Source: Candidatus Binatia bacterium (GTDB taxonomy: Bacteria; Desulfobacterota; Binatia; HRBIN30). From it: DNA of 64,000 nt. Positions 20,544 to 30,199 of this stretch are shown here, in pieces. The notes below the pieces were generated by a model. The model was not told the DNA's origin. It did no database searches and worked only from the letters and a program-made list of their open reading frames with translations. The DNA lies in the NCBI GenBank assembly GCA_038245295.1, contig JBBRSP010000019.1, forward strand, positions 1-64,000, read 5' to 3'. A program made the translations under genes and the position numbers. How positions within the stretch are numbered: the stretch's first letter is position 1; the number at the start of each line of letters is the position of its first letter.

Positions 20544-21047
20544 GTGGCGAGCCAGCCGAGCATCGATGTTTTGCAGCTTTGTGCCGGGATGCCGGAGCGC
20601 ACGTTTGCGGCGGGCGAGGTGGTTCTGCGCGAAGGCGAACGCGCCGGGGTCCTCTATCTTCTGATCGACGGCGAAGTCGAAATTCTCAAAGCCGACGCGC
20701 AGATCAACGTCGTGTCCGACCCCGGAGCTTTCTTCGGCGAAATGTCGGTGCTGCTCGATGCGCCGCATGCCGCTACGGTGCGGGCGCTTCTGCCGACGCG
20801 TTTCTACGTCGTCGAAAACGCTGCCGAGTTTCTGAGCTCCGATCCCGCCGTTGGTCTGGCCGTGTCGCGCCTGCTGGCGCGCCGGCTGCATTCGGTTCTG
20901 AGCTACCTGGCGGACCTGAAGCAGCAGTTCGCGGAACAGGAAGACCACCTCGGCATGATCGACGAAGTTCTCGAAGCGCTGGTGCACCAGCAAGGCGCCG
21001 CCCAGGACCCCGGTTCGGATCGTGATCCGGACCCTACAGTCTACTGA
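20544..21047 (+). CDS. Stand-alone cyclic-nucleotide-binding domain protein
   Basis: FAAGEVVLREGE...LYLLIDGEVEI...PGAFFGEMSVL...ATVRA; no HTH. Confidence 0.85.
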   Translation: MASQPSIDVLQLCAGMPERTFAAGEVVLREGERAGVLYLLIDGEVEILKADAQINVVSDPGAFFGEMSVLLDAPHAATVRALLPTRFYVVENAAEFLSSDPAVGLAVSRLLARRLHSVLSYLADLKQQFAEQEDHLGMIDEVLEALVHQQGAAQDPGSDRDPDPTVY

Positions 21048-21054
21048 TCACACC

Positions 21055-21834
21055 TCAGCTCGGCCGCGGGTCGAGCGGCGGCTCGAGCAGCTCGGCCGGA
21101 GGGCGGGTGAGCACCTGATCCAACGGCACGCGCTCGTTGCCGGCCAATGAGAACCAACTGGCGCGCTGCTCGTCGGTATCCACGATGACATGCGTTGGAA
21201 TGGGCCCGATCTGCCGTCCGGCGTTGAACACCCATGTGTCACCCAGACGATCAACCCATGAACCGCCGCTGCGAAAGGGCGCCTGGTGAATGTGGCCGGT
21301 CAGCACGATGTCGGGCTGATAGAGCTCGATCCAGCGCACCAAGTCGGTGTCGCCGTAGAACTTCTGCCCCGTCCAGCTCAAGGGCGAGGGCTCCGGAGGA
21401 CCATGATACACCCAAACCCAGCGCCCGCGGCGGCGCTCCGCATCACGCGCTAGCTGCGCACCAACACCTTCGCGTGCCAGCGGACCGTCCCACCACGGGC
21501 AGATCGTAAACAGGGTATCGCCAAGCTCCAGGACATCACCGTCGGCGGCAATGCCGAGCTGACGCACGCGCGACATCCAGCGCGCCACCTTTTCATTGTC
21601 GGCGTTGCGGGCGTTGAGGTCGTGGTTGCCGGAGCTGACCAGGAGCCGCGTTTTCCGACTCACTCGCTGCAAATACTTCAGAACGACAACCACCTGCGCA
21701 TCGAGCGCCACCGTCGAGGAGATATCCAGATGATCACCCGCAATGACCACGGTGTCGAACTGCGATGCGACGCGCTCAACCCAATCCAGTTGCTTCAGAG
21801 TGTAGTGCAGATCGGAAACCAGCAGGCAGCGCAT
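21055..21834 (-). CDS. Calcineurin-like metallophosphoesterase
   Basis: SDLH, AGD, GNHD, YH, GHIH motifs. Confidence 0.88.
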   Translation of the reverse strand: MRCLLVSDLHYTLKQLDWVERVASQFDTVVIAGDHLDISSTVALDAQVVVVLKYLQRVSRKTRLLVSSGNHDLNARNADNEKVARWMSRVRQLGIAADGDVLELGDTLFTICPWWDGPLAREGVGAQLARDAERRRGRWVWVYHGPPEPSPLSWTGQKFYGDTDLVRWIELYQPDIVLTGHIHQAPFRSGGSWVDRLGDTWVFNAGRQIGPIPTHVIVDTDEQRASWFSLAGNERVPLDQVLTRPPAELLEPPLDPRPS

Positions 21835-22080
21835 TGCCGCCCTGTCCTACATTGTTGGTTAGATCGCGCAAGCGGTTAGCGGTCAGGCGGTTGGAGGTTA
21901 GGGCTGATGCGACCGCCCCCATCGCCGACCGCGGCGATGGGAAGTCGTCAAGTCCGCGTCTCGCAAGCGCGGGAACCTCGAGCGGCAATCGGCAACCCCT
22001 GTGGTGGCCGCGAGACTGGCTCGCCCTATGCGGTGCAATAGGTTGCATCCGATCATGACTCGGAACGCAGGAGGACAATC

Positions 22081-24762
22081 ATGAATACGCGATTGATCGG
22101 CCTCACGGTCGCACTCTTGGGATGGGCAGGTTCTGCCTCGGCGGGTACGATGTTTGGAGCCTTGAGCAACTTCGACGCCGTCAATGACACCGGCTCGCCT
22201 TGTAATGGCTTTGAAATCGAGCTCGACGACATTCATTCCCAGGACATTACCTACACCTTCGACTACCAGCGTTACGGCTTGCCGAAGATTACCGAGGATA
22301 CTTTCCTCGTCGCTGGTGTGCCTCACCCGAGAACGTTTGTCCGCTGGATGAGCTCGTACGATCAGGTGCTGCATGTGTTCACCCAAACTACTCCCGTTGC
22401 ACCGGCGGGATTCGCCAATACCGGCGGCCATCTGTGTTTCAAGAATATGCAGGTGAATGGCCAACCGTACGACACGGCCGGCTGCGAGCACTTCGGCGTG
22501 GGAACCCTGAAGAACGCGTCGAACACGGTGTATCGTTGGATGAAGGAAGACCCGACCACCCCGGGCAGCCTGATTGCCCAGGGCAGTCCTGTCACCATTC
22601 CGGCGCCTGTCTGGACGGTGAATCCGGTGGTGAACGCACCCCCGATCGTCGTCGCGGTCATCCCCGTTCCACCGCCACCGGCCGTCGTTCCGGTGCCCTA
22701 TCTCCCCGGTGCGGAGTTTGGTGTCGCCGTGTGGGCAAAGGTCTTTGAAACCGAATCGCCGAACAAGGCGGAGCTGCATCACCTTGTTTCCGACGACGAG
22801 GCCGTGCCGGGCAATCTCGGTCCGGTGCCGAACCCTAATGCGATAACCGAACTCGAGTGGCAGATCTTGCAGACCGATCAGATGAATCCCTCCGTCAACG
22901 AGTTGCAGTCATCGCGGCAGATGGGCAACGGCAATGAATCGGTGACGCGGCGCTACGAGTTCTACAAGTATGTTGGTCCGTACGCCATCAACAGCGTGGA
23001 CGGCCCGAACACCGGAACCAACGAAGCCGTGTGCCCGACGGTCGCTCCGGACGGCATCCACGGCGTAGGAATCAACACCGGCTATTACGACACCGATTGC
23101 GGCGCGGCGGTCATTGTCGGTGAATACATCGGCGCGCAGAATGCCGCCGCCGACGTCGCGACGCCGCTCTCGGCCAATGGAACAAACCTGATCGATGGGG
23201 AAGTGGGTGTGCGCTACCCGCACCGGCCGCTCATCTTCGGCGGCAGCGGTGGCCCCTATAGCATCTCCTTCTCCGGCGCCGGTACGCTGCCCGCCGCCGA
23301 TCCAGGCAATGAGTTCGATCTCAGTCCACTCACCGGTGTCCTGAACGGCGGTATTCCGAATGGAACCGGGACATCGACTTTTATCATTCATGCGACCGAC
23401 CTGGTGGAACCAGGCCAGGTGGCCGTCGATGCCACCTTCAACGTCACCGTTGTCGCCGCCGTAACCGTCGACGACATCGTGATTCCGAATGGTGTGAGCA
23501 ACGTGGCAACAATCGTCAATCTCACCGCTTCGGGGGGCGAAACTCCATTCAAGTGGACGGCCGCGCCCGCGACGGTTGGCCTCCAGGCCTCGGTGCTCGG
23601 GAACACGTTGTCGCTCACCGCAAATCAAGCTGGGGCGTTCGATGTGCAGGTGACCGTCGACGACAGCCTGGGCGGTACCAATCTGAAGACCTTGACCTTC
23701 AACGTTGGCGCGATAGCCGTGGCGACGCCAACGCCGACCGACACGCCGCTCGCGCCATTGGCAACACCGACACCAACCCCCACAGCGACCGTGACGCCAA
23801 CGGACACCCCGCCGCCCACGGCGACGCAAACCGCGCCCCCGACGGTTTCGCCAACTCCGTCGGCAACGCCGCCGATCCACGACTCTGTCGTCCTGCCCGT
23901 GCGACCGCGCAACATCACACTGCGAGCCGGCTCCGCCGAGATCAAAACGACGTTCAGTGTCAGGGTCCGCAATGCCGACGCCAAGACGGAGTCACCCAGC
24001 GACACGATCGACCTGAGCATCGATCGCGGCGACTGTCCGCTCGGCATGACGATCGGCGCTCCAGATTTCATTCCCCGGACGCCTGCCGTGGACGATAGTG
24101 TGGTTCTTGCGGGTGGTCGGTCGGCAACTGCCGTCGTGCGCCTCACCGTTCACGCCAATGACTTCGTCAATCACAACAGCAAGGCGCCACAGCGTTGTAC
24201 GCTACGGTTGCATGCCGAGACGCAGGTCCCGGGTAGTGTCGATCCAACGTTGAACAACGAAGTGCCGGTGGAGATCAATGTCATCGACAAACACAACGCC
24301 GAACTGGCAGGAGTACACGAGTCACTCATCAAGAGTCGCGCGCCGATCTCGATGACGCTGGCGCGCTCGAAGCCACTCACCACGAAGAATGTCGGTGTTT
24401 CCATCGTCAATGCCGACGTGTCGGACGCTGATCCTGGTGACCCGGTAACGTTGAGCGTCGACAGCCTTACCCAGCTCGACGGCAACCCGTGTCCGGGTGT
24501 GAGTGTGCTGTCGGTCGATGCCGACGGCTCCCACAGCGGCGCTCAGAGCAGCGTCACCGTCAAGGCCGGCAAGACAAAGGCGGGAACCATCCAGTTCCAA
24601 GTGGATTCATCGGTCAACACGCCCAACAGTGTGTCTCCCGCACGTTGCATTGCGGTGGTTCGCACCACGGGACCGAGCGATCCTGAAGCCGCGCCTGGGC
24701 TTGATGCCAGCAATAACACCTCACAGGTCGTAATCGATGTGATTGATAGTCACGACTTTTGA
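22081..24762 (+). CDS. Large secreted/surface protein: N-terminal unknown domain, Ig-like domains, PT linker, two C-terminal repeats
   Basis: GGAGG RBS; signal peptide ending ASA; GEVGVRY...GG..PY and ASGGETPFKW Ig-like motifs; TPTPT linker; duplicated H(D/E)S...NAD...CP...P.RC...NN...I.VID domain. Confidence 0.85.
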   Translation: MNTRLIGLTVALLGWAGSASAGTMFGALSNFDAVNDTGSPCNGFEIELDDIHSQDITYTFDYQRYGLPKITEDTFLVAGVPHPRTFVRWMSSYDQVLHVFTQTTPVAPAGFANTGGHLCFKNMQVNGQPYDTAGCEHFGVGTLKNASNTVYRWMKEDPTTPGSLIAQGSPVTIPAPVWTVNPVVNAPPIVVAVIPVPPPPAVVPVPYLPGAEFGVAVWAKVFETESPNKAELHHLVSDDEAVPGNLGPVPNPNAITELEWQILQTDQMNPSVNELQSSRQMGNGNESVTRRYEFYKYVGPYAINSVDGPNTGTNEAVCPTVAPDGIHGVGINTGYYDTDCGAAVIVGEYIGAQNAAADVATPLSANGTNLIDGEVGVRYPHRPLIFGGSGGPYSISFSGAGTLPAADPGNEFDLSPLTGVLNGGIPNGTGTSTFIIHATDLVEPGQVAVDATFNVTVVAAVTVDDIVIPNGVSNVATIVNLTASGGETPFKWTAAPATVGLQASVLGNTLSLTANQAGAFDVQVTVDDSLGGTNLKTLTFNVGAIAVATPTPTDTPLAPLATPTPTPTATVTPTDTPPPTATQTAPPTVSPTPSATPPIHDSVVLPVRPRNITLRAGSAEIKTTFSVRVRNADAKTESPSDTIDLSIDRGDCPLGMTIGAPDFIPRTPAVDDSVVLAGGRSATAVVRLTVHANDFVNHNSKAPQRCTLRLHAETQVPGSVDPTLNNEVPVEINVIDKHNAELAGVHESLIKSRAPISMTLARSKPLTTKNVGVSIVNADVSDADPGDPVTLSVDSLTQLDGNPCPGVSVLSVDADGSHSGAQSSVTVKAGKTKAGTIQFQVDSSVNTPNSVSPARCIAVVRTTGPSDPEAAPGLDASNNTSQVVIDVIDSHDF

Positions 24763-24787
24763 ACTGCGAACTGGTCGCCGGGATCAC

Positions 24788-25081
24788 CGTGATCCCGGCG
24801 AAGGAGACGGTCATAAAATCAAAGTGGAGCAACGTCATCGCGGTGAAAACCGGGATCTCCCAAAGTGCTGGAAGCCTCAAGAGCTGGCGAGATACCGGCT
24901 TTCGCCGGTATGACGGATAGGTCTGCTCGGTTTCAAATATGGTCTCCGAGCATCGACATACTCGAAAGCCGGAATCTCCCAAGCCTTCCTCAGTTTCCAA
25001 TCGAGGAGATACCGGCTTTCGTCGGTATGACGGAAGTGTTTGCGCAGTTTCAAAGATGAATCAGAGAAACTCGACAGGCTC
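24788..25081. repeat. CGTC-type REP/MITE-like composite (GTCATACCGGCGAAAGCCGGTATCTC family)
   Basis: Multiple gagataccggctttcgccggtatgac and gtcatcccggtgaaaaccgggatctc-like hairpins; homologous to 55104-55320 and 40961-41047; sits between convergent genes. Confidence 0.85.
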
Positions 25082-25175
25082 GATGGCCGGGGTCCAGTGA
25101 TGAAAACGTGGCCACGCGTTCGGGTTCCAGTGATGGAACAATCAGCCCGGCGAGAATGACCCGACGCCGAGTCGG

Positions 25176-26477
25176 TCAAAACGTATACTCGAGCTGCCCG
25201 GCGTAGATCGTGTCGGCGCGCACGCCGTCGCGGTTGAGCGGGAACTGGAAGCTTGTGCTGAACACGGCGTTGCCGAAGGGGTTTACTTTAAAGCCGATGG
25301 CGGACTGGTAGACGTCATCGTTCACGCTGTCGCGTTTGTCGTCGTGGAAGCCGATGAAGTCGGAGAACACGGTGAGCCAGCGTGTGGCGAGTGCATCCCC
25401 ACCGACGATCCATTGGCTCTGGCTGACGTCTTCGCTCGAGCGGAAAGCGTGGCCAAGGTTGAGGTGCGGCGAGAACCAACCGAACTGCTTCGAGACAATC
25501 AACCATGGTGTCAGCGTCGGGTCGTGGAAGCCGAGGAAGTTGTCGGCGTTGCCGGTCGGTAGCGTCACCACCGAACTGAACGCGAAGTTAGCGTACGACG
25601 CATCGTAGAGATGATACTTCAGGCGCAGCAGCAGATCGCCCGTGCCCCAAGCCGAATCCGAGAAGCTGTCGGTGGCGCACTGCAGGTTGCCGGGCGAACA
25701 CAGGCGCCCTGATGGGGCCGCCAGTGTGTTGTTCGGCGGCTGGGTGACGAAGGCCGCAACGCCGCCGTTGTTCTTTGAATTGATGATGGTGCTGACCGCC
25801 GTTCCACTCATCTGAGCACGGGCGACAGAGAGGGCTATGCTGGCGTCCATCCGATCGGTGAGGCCAAAGGCGGCCGTCAGATATAACACGTCGAGGCTCA
25901 GGGTCAGACGCAAGTCCGTCTGCAACACATCATCGGCAAACTTCTTGCGGATACTCGGCGGCAACAGATTGAGTTGGCTCGTCGACACCGCGGGTTGGGT
26001 GAACCGCAGATGGTGTAGCGAGTCACCTTCGAGGGTATCGAAGTCCGTGTGCGAATACGAAACGCTGATGGTCGCCGTGCGTTTGCCGAGTGTCGCCGCG
26101 CGTTCGGCAAACCCCGAACCGAGGCTTTGTGACACACGTTTGAACGTGTCGACCTCCGGATCCCAGCCAAAGCGAAAGGCACCGCTCGCCGAAGGCACCG
26201 GTGCCAACGCATGCGCCGTGCTCAGGGCGGCCGAGAGGGAGCGAAATTGATCGGCGAACTGCAGCGGAAAGGGACCATCGAAGCCGGGACGCACCGTCGT
26301 ATTCAAATGCCCGCCAAAGAGATTGGGAACGCGCTCGTCGAGAGAGATCGACCGCCCCGGACGCGGCGCCGCCAGAACCAAAACCGTCGCTGCCACGGCA
26401 ATCGATGCCCAGCAGCGTGGGGTGGTTCCGAGCCGGCCACGACGGAGCGTGCCGATTTGTGTCGCCGAGCTTCTCAT
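25176..26477 (-). CDS. Outer-membrane beta-barrel protein (transporter/SphA-like), module copy 1
   Basis: Signal peptide; SLGSGFAERAATLG, GTGDLLLRLKY, TLPTGN..NFLG, PHLNLG; C-terminal YAGQLEYTF beta-signal; ATGA overlap with caspase gene. Confidence 0.85.
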   Translation of the reverse strand: MRSSATQIGTLRRGRLGTTPRCWASIAVAATVLVLAAPRPGRSISLDERVPNLFGGHLNTTVRPGFDGPFPLQFADQFRSLSAALSTAHALAPVPSASGAFRFGWDPEVDTFKRVSQSLGSGFAERAATLGKRTATISVSYSHTDFDTLEGDSLHHLRFTQPAVSTSQLNLLPPSIRKKFADDVLQTDLRLTLSLDVLYLTAAFGLTDRMDASIALSVARAQMSGTAVSTIINSKNNGGVAAFVTQPPNNTLAAPSGRLCSPGNLQCATDSFSDSAWGTGDLLLRLKYHLYDASYANFAFSSVVTLPTGNADNFLGFHDPTLTPWLIVSKQFGWFSPHLNLGHAFRSSEDVSQSQWIVGGDALATRWLTVFSDFIGFHDDKRDSVNDDVYQSAIGFKVNPFGNAVFSTSFQFPLNRDGVRADTIYAGQLEYTF

Positions 26478-28369
26478 TTGGCGAATTTCCACCCCTGTCC
26501 TTCGCGCACCAGCAGTTTCGGCAAGCGCGCCTCGGTCTGCTGCGCCTTACCGCTTTCGCGATCGATGAAACGATCGCGCCGGGTGAACGACAAGGCGACA
26601 CCGCTGTCGCGCGCCTCAATCACGATGTTAGACAACTCGACGCGCAGGTCGGTCGCGGCTTCCCAGTAGTCGCGATGCGCTTGCCGCTGCTTGTCGGAGA
26701 ACGAACCATACAGCGCCGCGACACGCTCGATGCTCTTGGCCTCCTGGGCCAGGCGATACTCTTCCAGAAAGGCCCGCACGCTGGCGTCAATCTCCGACGC
26801 ACTGGTCGGCGTCTCTTCGGCAAACGCCGGTGCGACGACCAGCAACGACACCTTGTTCCATACGTCGTCGAGGAACGATTGCGGCGCCACCGGAGTCAGT
26901 GGTTGTGCAGCGCTCGGGCTCGGCGTTGGGCGCCCTTCATCGACCACACCCTCGGCCTCGAGGAGCAGGCGGTAGGCGTTGACGCTGGTGTTGCTAGGCT
27001 GTTCGATCGACTCACCCTCTTCCGCCGATACTTCTACCGGCAAACGACGCAACGTCTTGCGAACGAGCTTCTTTTGCAAGTCGAAAAACTCGCTCACTTT
27101 GCCTTCGACGCTATCAGAACCTTCCTGCACTCCGGATTCCGTATTGATGATCTGCGCGTCGATACGGATTGATTCGCCGACGACGTTGTAGGAACCGGTC
27201 AACAACCGGCCGATGCCGAGCTTCTGGGCGACATCGAGTTGGCCACGATCGGCACTACCGGCCCGGTCGATCAGATCGGGGGAAAAGACGCGCAGCTTGC
27301 GCACCTTGCTCAGCTCGGTGTTGAGCGCCACCCGCACCGCCTTGCCGACCCACTCGTGTTCCTTGTCCGGACGCAGGCTCTCGAACTCCATCACGCCAAT
27401 CGTATTGACGGCAACGTTCTTGCCGTTGCGCGGCGGCGGGATCACCGGCATCACCACTGTAGCCGCGGCGCTGCCCGACGGCGCCGCCAACATCAGATCG
27501 GTGCCTTCCACCTTGGAATACGGATGTTGCGCGTTGGCCGTCAGACGCGGCACTTCGCGTGCCACGAAGCCGAACAGCTCCGATACCGTGAGGATTCCAT
27601 CATGGTTGGCATCACCGCTGCCGCTCAGCCCTTCGAGTAACGATTGTGTGAACGCGCCGTGCTGTAGGGTTTCCGGTTCGTGCGCCACCTCGCCTGGCTT
27701 GGCAGCGGCAAGGAGGAAAAAACCATCCCCGGTGGACAATCGACTCCCGGGATCCTCGGCAACGACCAGGCCGGCCTTGCTGAAGCGCGCCGCGCCGGCG
27801 TGACAGGTATCGAGCATCAGGACGGCGGCGCGCACGTTGCGCCGGATCGAACGCACCATGTCGTCGAAATCCGACATGCGGAGGCCGGCGGTAACCAGAT
27901 TCTCGGCCGTTGCGTCGGCCGGCAGGAAGTAGAAGGTTCCGGCGGCGCGATCTTGCACGCCGTGGCCAGCCAGAAAAATCACCACGACATCATCGAGATT
28001 CGCTTGCGCCAGAATACGTCCGAGAGCACCGAGCACGCTCTCGCGGGTCACTTTCGTGTCCGTCAAAACTTCCGCCTTGACCTCTCCATAGAGCGGGCCG
28101 TTGGCTTGACGGCGCAACAACTCGGCGATCGCTGTGGCATCCGCGTCGGCAAAGCGAAGATTGAGCTCGCTTGCTTTGTACTTGCTGACGCCGACGGAGA
28201 GCACCCACAGCGTGGGATTTGCCGCGGCGCGCGCCGGCTGAACCACGGCGACCCGGGGCAAATGAAACGCCGGCGCCTGAAACCCACCTGGGTTGAAGAC
28301 GGACCACGCCGTCAGCAGGCCAACCGCAGCTCCTACACCCGTTATTGCCAATCGCGTCCCCGCCCTCAT
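26474..28369 (-). CDS. Exported caspase-family (peptidase C14) protease + FlgO/TolB-N-like domain + NTF2-like C-terminal domain, copy 1
   Basis: N-terminal hydrophobic segment; LWVLSVGVSKY...LRFADADA; FLAGHG and LDTCHAG His-Cys dyad; GDANHDGILTVSEL; IGVMEF...LTGSYNVVGESIRIDAQII; LEEYRLA...WKF. Confidence 0.9.
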   Translation of the reverse strand: MRAGTRLAITGVGAAVGLLTAWSVFNPGGFQAPAFHLPRVAVVQPARAAANPTLWVLSVGVSKYKASELNLRFADADATAIAELLRRQANGPLYGEVKAEVLTDTKVTRESVLGALGRILAQANLDDVVVIFLAGHGVQDRAAGTFYFLPADATAENLVTAGLRMSDFDDMVRSIRRNVRAAVLMLDTCHAGAARFSKAGLVVAEDPGSRLSTGDGFFLLAAAKPGEVAHEPETLQHGAFTQSLLEGLSGSGDANHDGILTVSELFGFVAREVPRLTANAQHPYSKVEGTDLMLAAPSGSAAATVVMPVIPPPRNGKNVAVNTIGVMEFESLRPDKEHEWVGKAVRVALNTELSKVRKLRVFSPDLIDRAGSADRGQLDVAQKLGIGRLLTGSYNVVGESIRIDAQIINTESGVQEGSDSVEGKVSEFFDLQKKLVRKTLRRLPVEVSAEEGESIEQPSNTSVNAYRLLLEAEGVVDEGRPTPSPSAAQPLTPVAPQSFLDDVWNKVSLLVVAPAFAEETPTSASEIDASVRAFLEEYRLAQEAKSIERVAALYGSFSDKQRQAHRDYWEAATDLRVELSNIVIEARDSGVALSFTRRDRFIDRESGKAQQTEARLPKLLVREGQGWKFAK

Positions 28370-28656
28370 ATGGTTGCTGCCGCCGGCGCATTGTTCCACG
28401 CCAGACAAGGCAGGCAACCGGATCTACCAACCCAGGGATGCATTGGAACCCCAAGATCTGGCAACGGCTCTTCCGTCTGCGTGGCTGCGGCTCCGCCACC
28501 CCGATTACCGCCCATCACGATCCACATTTTGCACTCCACGGCGTTTGGACTGCGAGCTTCTAGACCCAATACCCTTGTCGGTGCAATAAAATGGTTACAC
28601 AGGGCATCCCTTCCAGCGGAAGGTTGGATTGGAACGCCCAATGACAGGAGTATGGA

Positions 28657-29607
28657 TTGAGTCAAACGGCGCGCCTGGGCGGCGAACCGCGCGAAACACT
28701 GGAGCGGCTTCAACGCTGTCTGGCCGGCGACGCCGCTGCCATTGCCTGGTTCCAGGAAACCTTCGGGGAACTCATCTACGGCTATCCGGTCCGAGTCTAC
28801 CGCACAGCGGTCGACGAGGCCGGGGATTTTTACGTTTTCGCGTTCGACAACGGTCGTATTTTCAGACGCTTACGTACATTCGAGGGGCGGGCGCCGCTGC
28901 GTGCGTACCTGCTCGGGTTTGTGCTGGACGATCTGGTTCTCGAGTGGAAGCGTGGGCGTCACGAGGTGGAAACTATTTCCTTGGAGGATATCGGCGAAGT
29001 GGCACAGCCTGACTCAGCTCTGGCACTCTCGGACGACGACGGTGCGGAAGACGGCATGCGCTTCGGCGACCTGCTGGCAGGCCTTGAACCGTCCAAAGCC
29101 GTCGTGCTGAAACTCCTCTATATTGAAGATTGCGAGATGACCGCGCCGGATCTCGACCTCCTCGCCCGCAACTCAGACCGCAGCCTCGCCGAGGTCATTC
29201 AGGGAATCGACAATTTGCGCGCCGTCGTGCGCGAACGGGAGTCCGACTTGAAACGCGACGAGGATGCCCTCGACGCGGTCCAGGCCTGGATCCAATTGTA
29301 CGAACGGCGCGTCCAACGTATCTCGGCCGAGCTCGCCGACACCGGGCCGAAGCTGGCCCAGGCGCAAAGCCTGACGGCAGAGTTGCAAGAGTGCCAGCGC
29401 AAGCTGCACAAACGCCGCCAACAACGCGACAAGCTGCTGTTCCGCGCCCGTCGCAAGAAAACCACGGCGCCCTACAAAGAAGTAGCGGCGATCCTGAATA
29501 CGACGGTCGGCAACATAGGATCTCAGATCGCCCGTTTGCGGCGCGAGTTGGCCGATGCTCTCGGCGACAATGCGCGTCGCTGGCTTGGAGGGGACAACGA
29601 TGACTAA
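28657..29607 (+). CDS. Atypical ECF-like sigma-70 factor, copy 1
   Basis: AGGAG RBS, TTG start; LQRCLAGDAAA...FEGRAPLRAYL...LEWKR region 2; YKEVAAILNTTVGNIGSQIARLRREL region 4 HTH. Confidence 0.85.
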   Translation: MSQTARLGGEPRETLERLQRCLAGDAAAIAWFQETFGELIYGYPVRVYRTAVDEAGDFYVFAFDNGRIFRRLRTFEGRAPLRAYLLGFVLDDLVLEWKRGRHEVETISLEDIGEVAQPDSALALSDDDGAEDGMRFGDLLAGLEPSKAVVLKLLYIEDCEMTAPDLDLLARNSDRSLAEVIQGIDNLRAVVRERESDLKRDEDALDAVQAWIQLYERRVQRISAELADTGPKLAQAQSLTAELQECQRKLHKRRQQRDKLLFRARRKKTTAPYKEVAAILNTTVGNIGSQIARLRRELADALGDNARRWLGGDNDD

Positions 29608-30199
29608 CCAGCGCTCAACGAGGATCGATGCCTGCCCGAGTGATGAATCACTCACGGCCTATCTGACGGCTAGTCTCAGCCCGGACGAGAACCACGCCGT
29701 CGATTCGCATGCCCGTCAATGCGACGACTGCGCTCGGGTGCTGCAAACCGTCTCGGCGCGCCTGCGTTTAGCCGACGAAATTGCCATGCCGATCCCGTTC
29801 GACGTTCGCCAACGCGCCACGGTCGCGACGGCCGCGCCGGTGCGGGCGGCCGCATCGGCCGGCACATGGCGGGATCTGATCGGTTACGTGACTGCGCTTT
29901 TGCGGCCACCGGTGTTCCTGCCGTTGGCGGCAGCGGCGGCTCTGTTGTTGTTCATCGGTACGGAGACGCGCCAAAGTGAACCGGTGCGTTCGGTACCACC
30001 CATTGAGCAGCAGACGACGTTGCGGATCGCGGCGCGTGAGGTTTTGGTACGAGATCAACCGACGACCCGCGGTAGCGTCCTTGCCACCTTGAATCGCGGC
30101 GCCACCGTTACCTACCGCGGCGAGGACCGCGACTGGTTACGCGTAGCACTGGCGGACGGCAGCGAAGGATGGATCGAACGCGAGGCCCTCGATCGTTGA
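29600..30199 (+). CDS. Anti-sigma factor: zf-HC2 Zn finger - TM - SH3b, copy 1
   Basis: CP..E.L.AYL...HARQCDDC; TM FLPLAAAAALLLFIG; VLVRDQPT...VLATL..G...WLRV...EGWI; overlaps sigma stop. Confidence 0.88.
   Translation: MTNQRSTRIDACPSDESLTAYLTASLSPDENHAVDSHARQCDDCARVLQTVSARLRLADEIAMPIPFDVRQRATVATAAPVRAAASAGTWRDLIGYVTALLRPPVFLPLAAAAALLLFIGTETRQSEPVRSVPPIEQQTTLRIAAREVLVRDQPTTRGSVLATLNRGATVTYRGEDRDWLRVALADGSEGWIEREALDR

Noticed and set aside
22017..22047. Sigma54 promoter and TGCAA-N4-TTGCA palindrome before 22081
   Set aside because: Only GG-N10-GC spacing with weak consensus, which is expected by chance at this GC content
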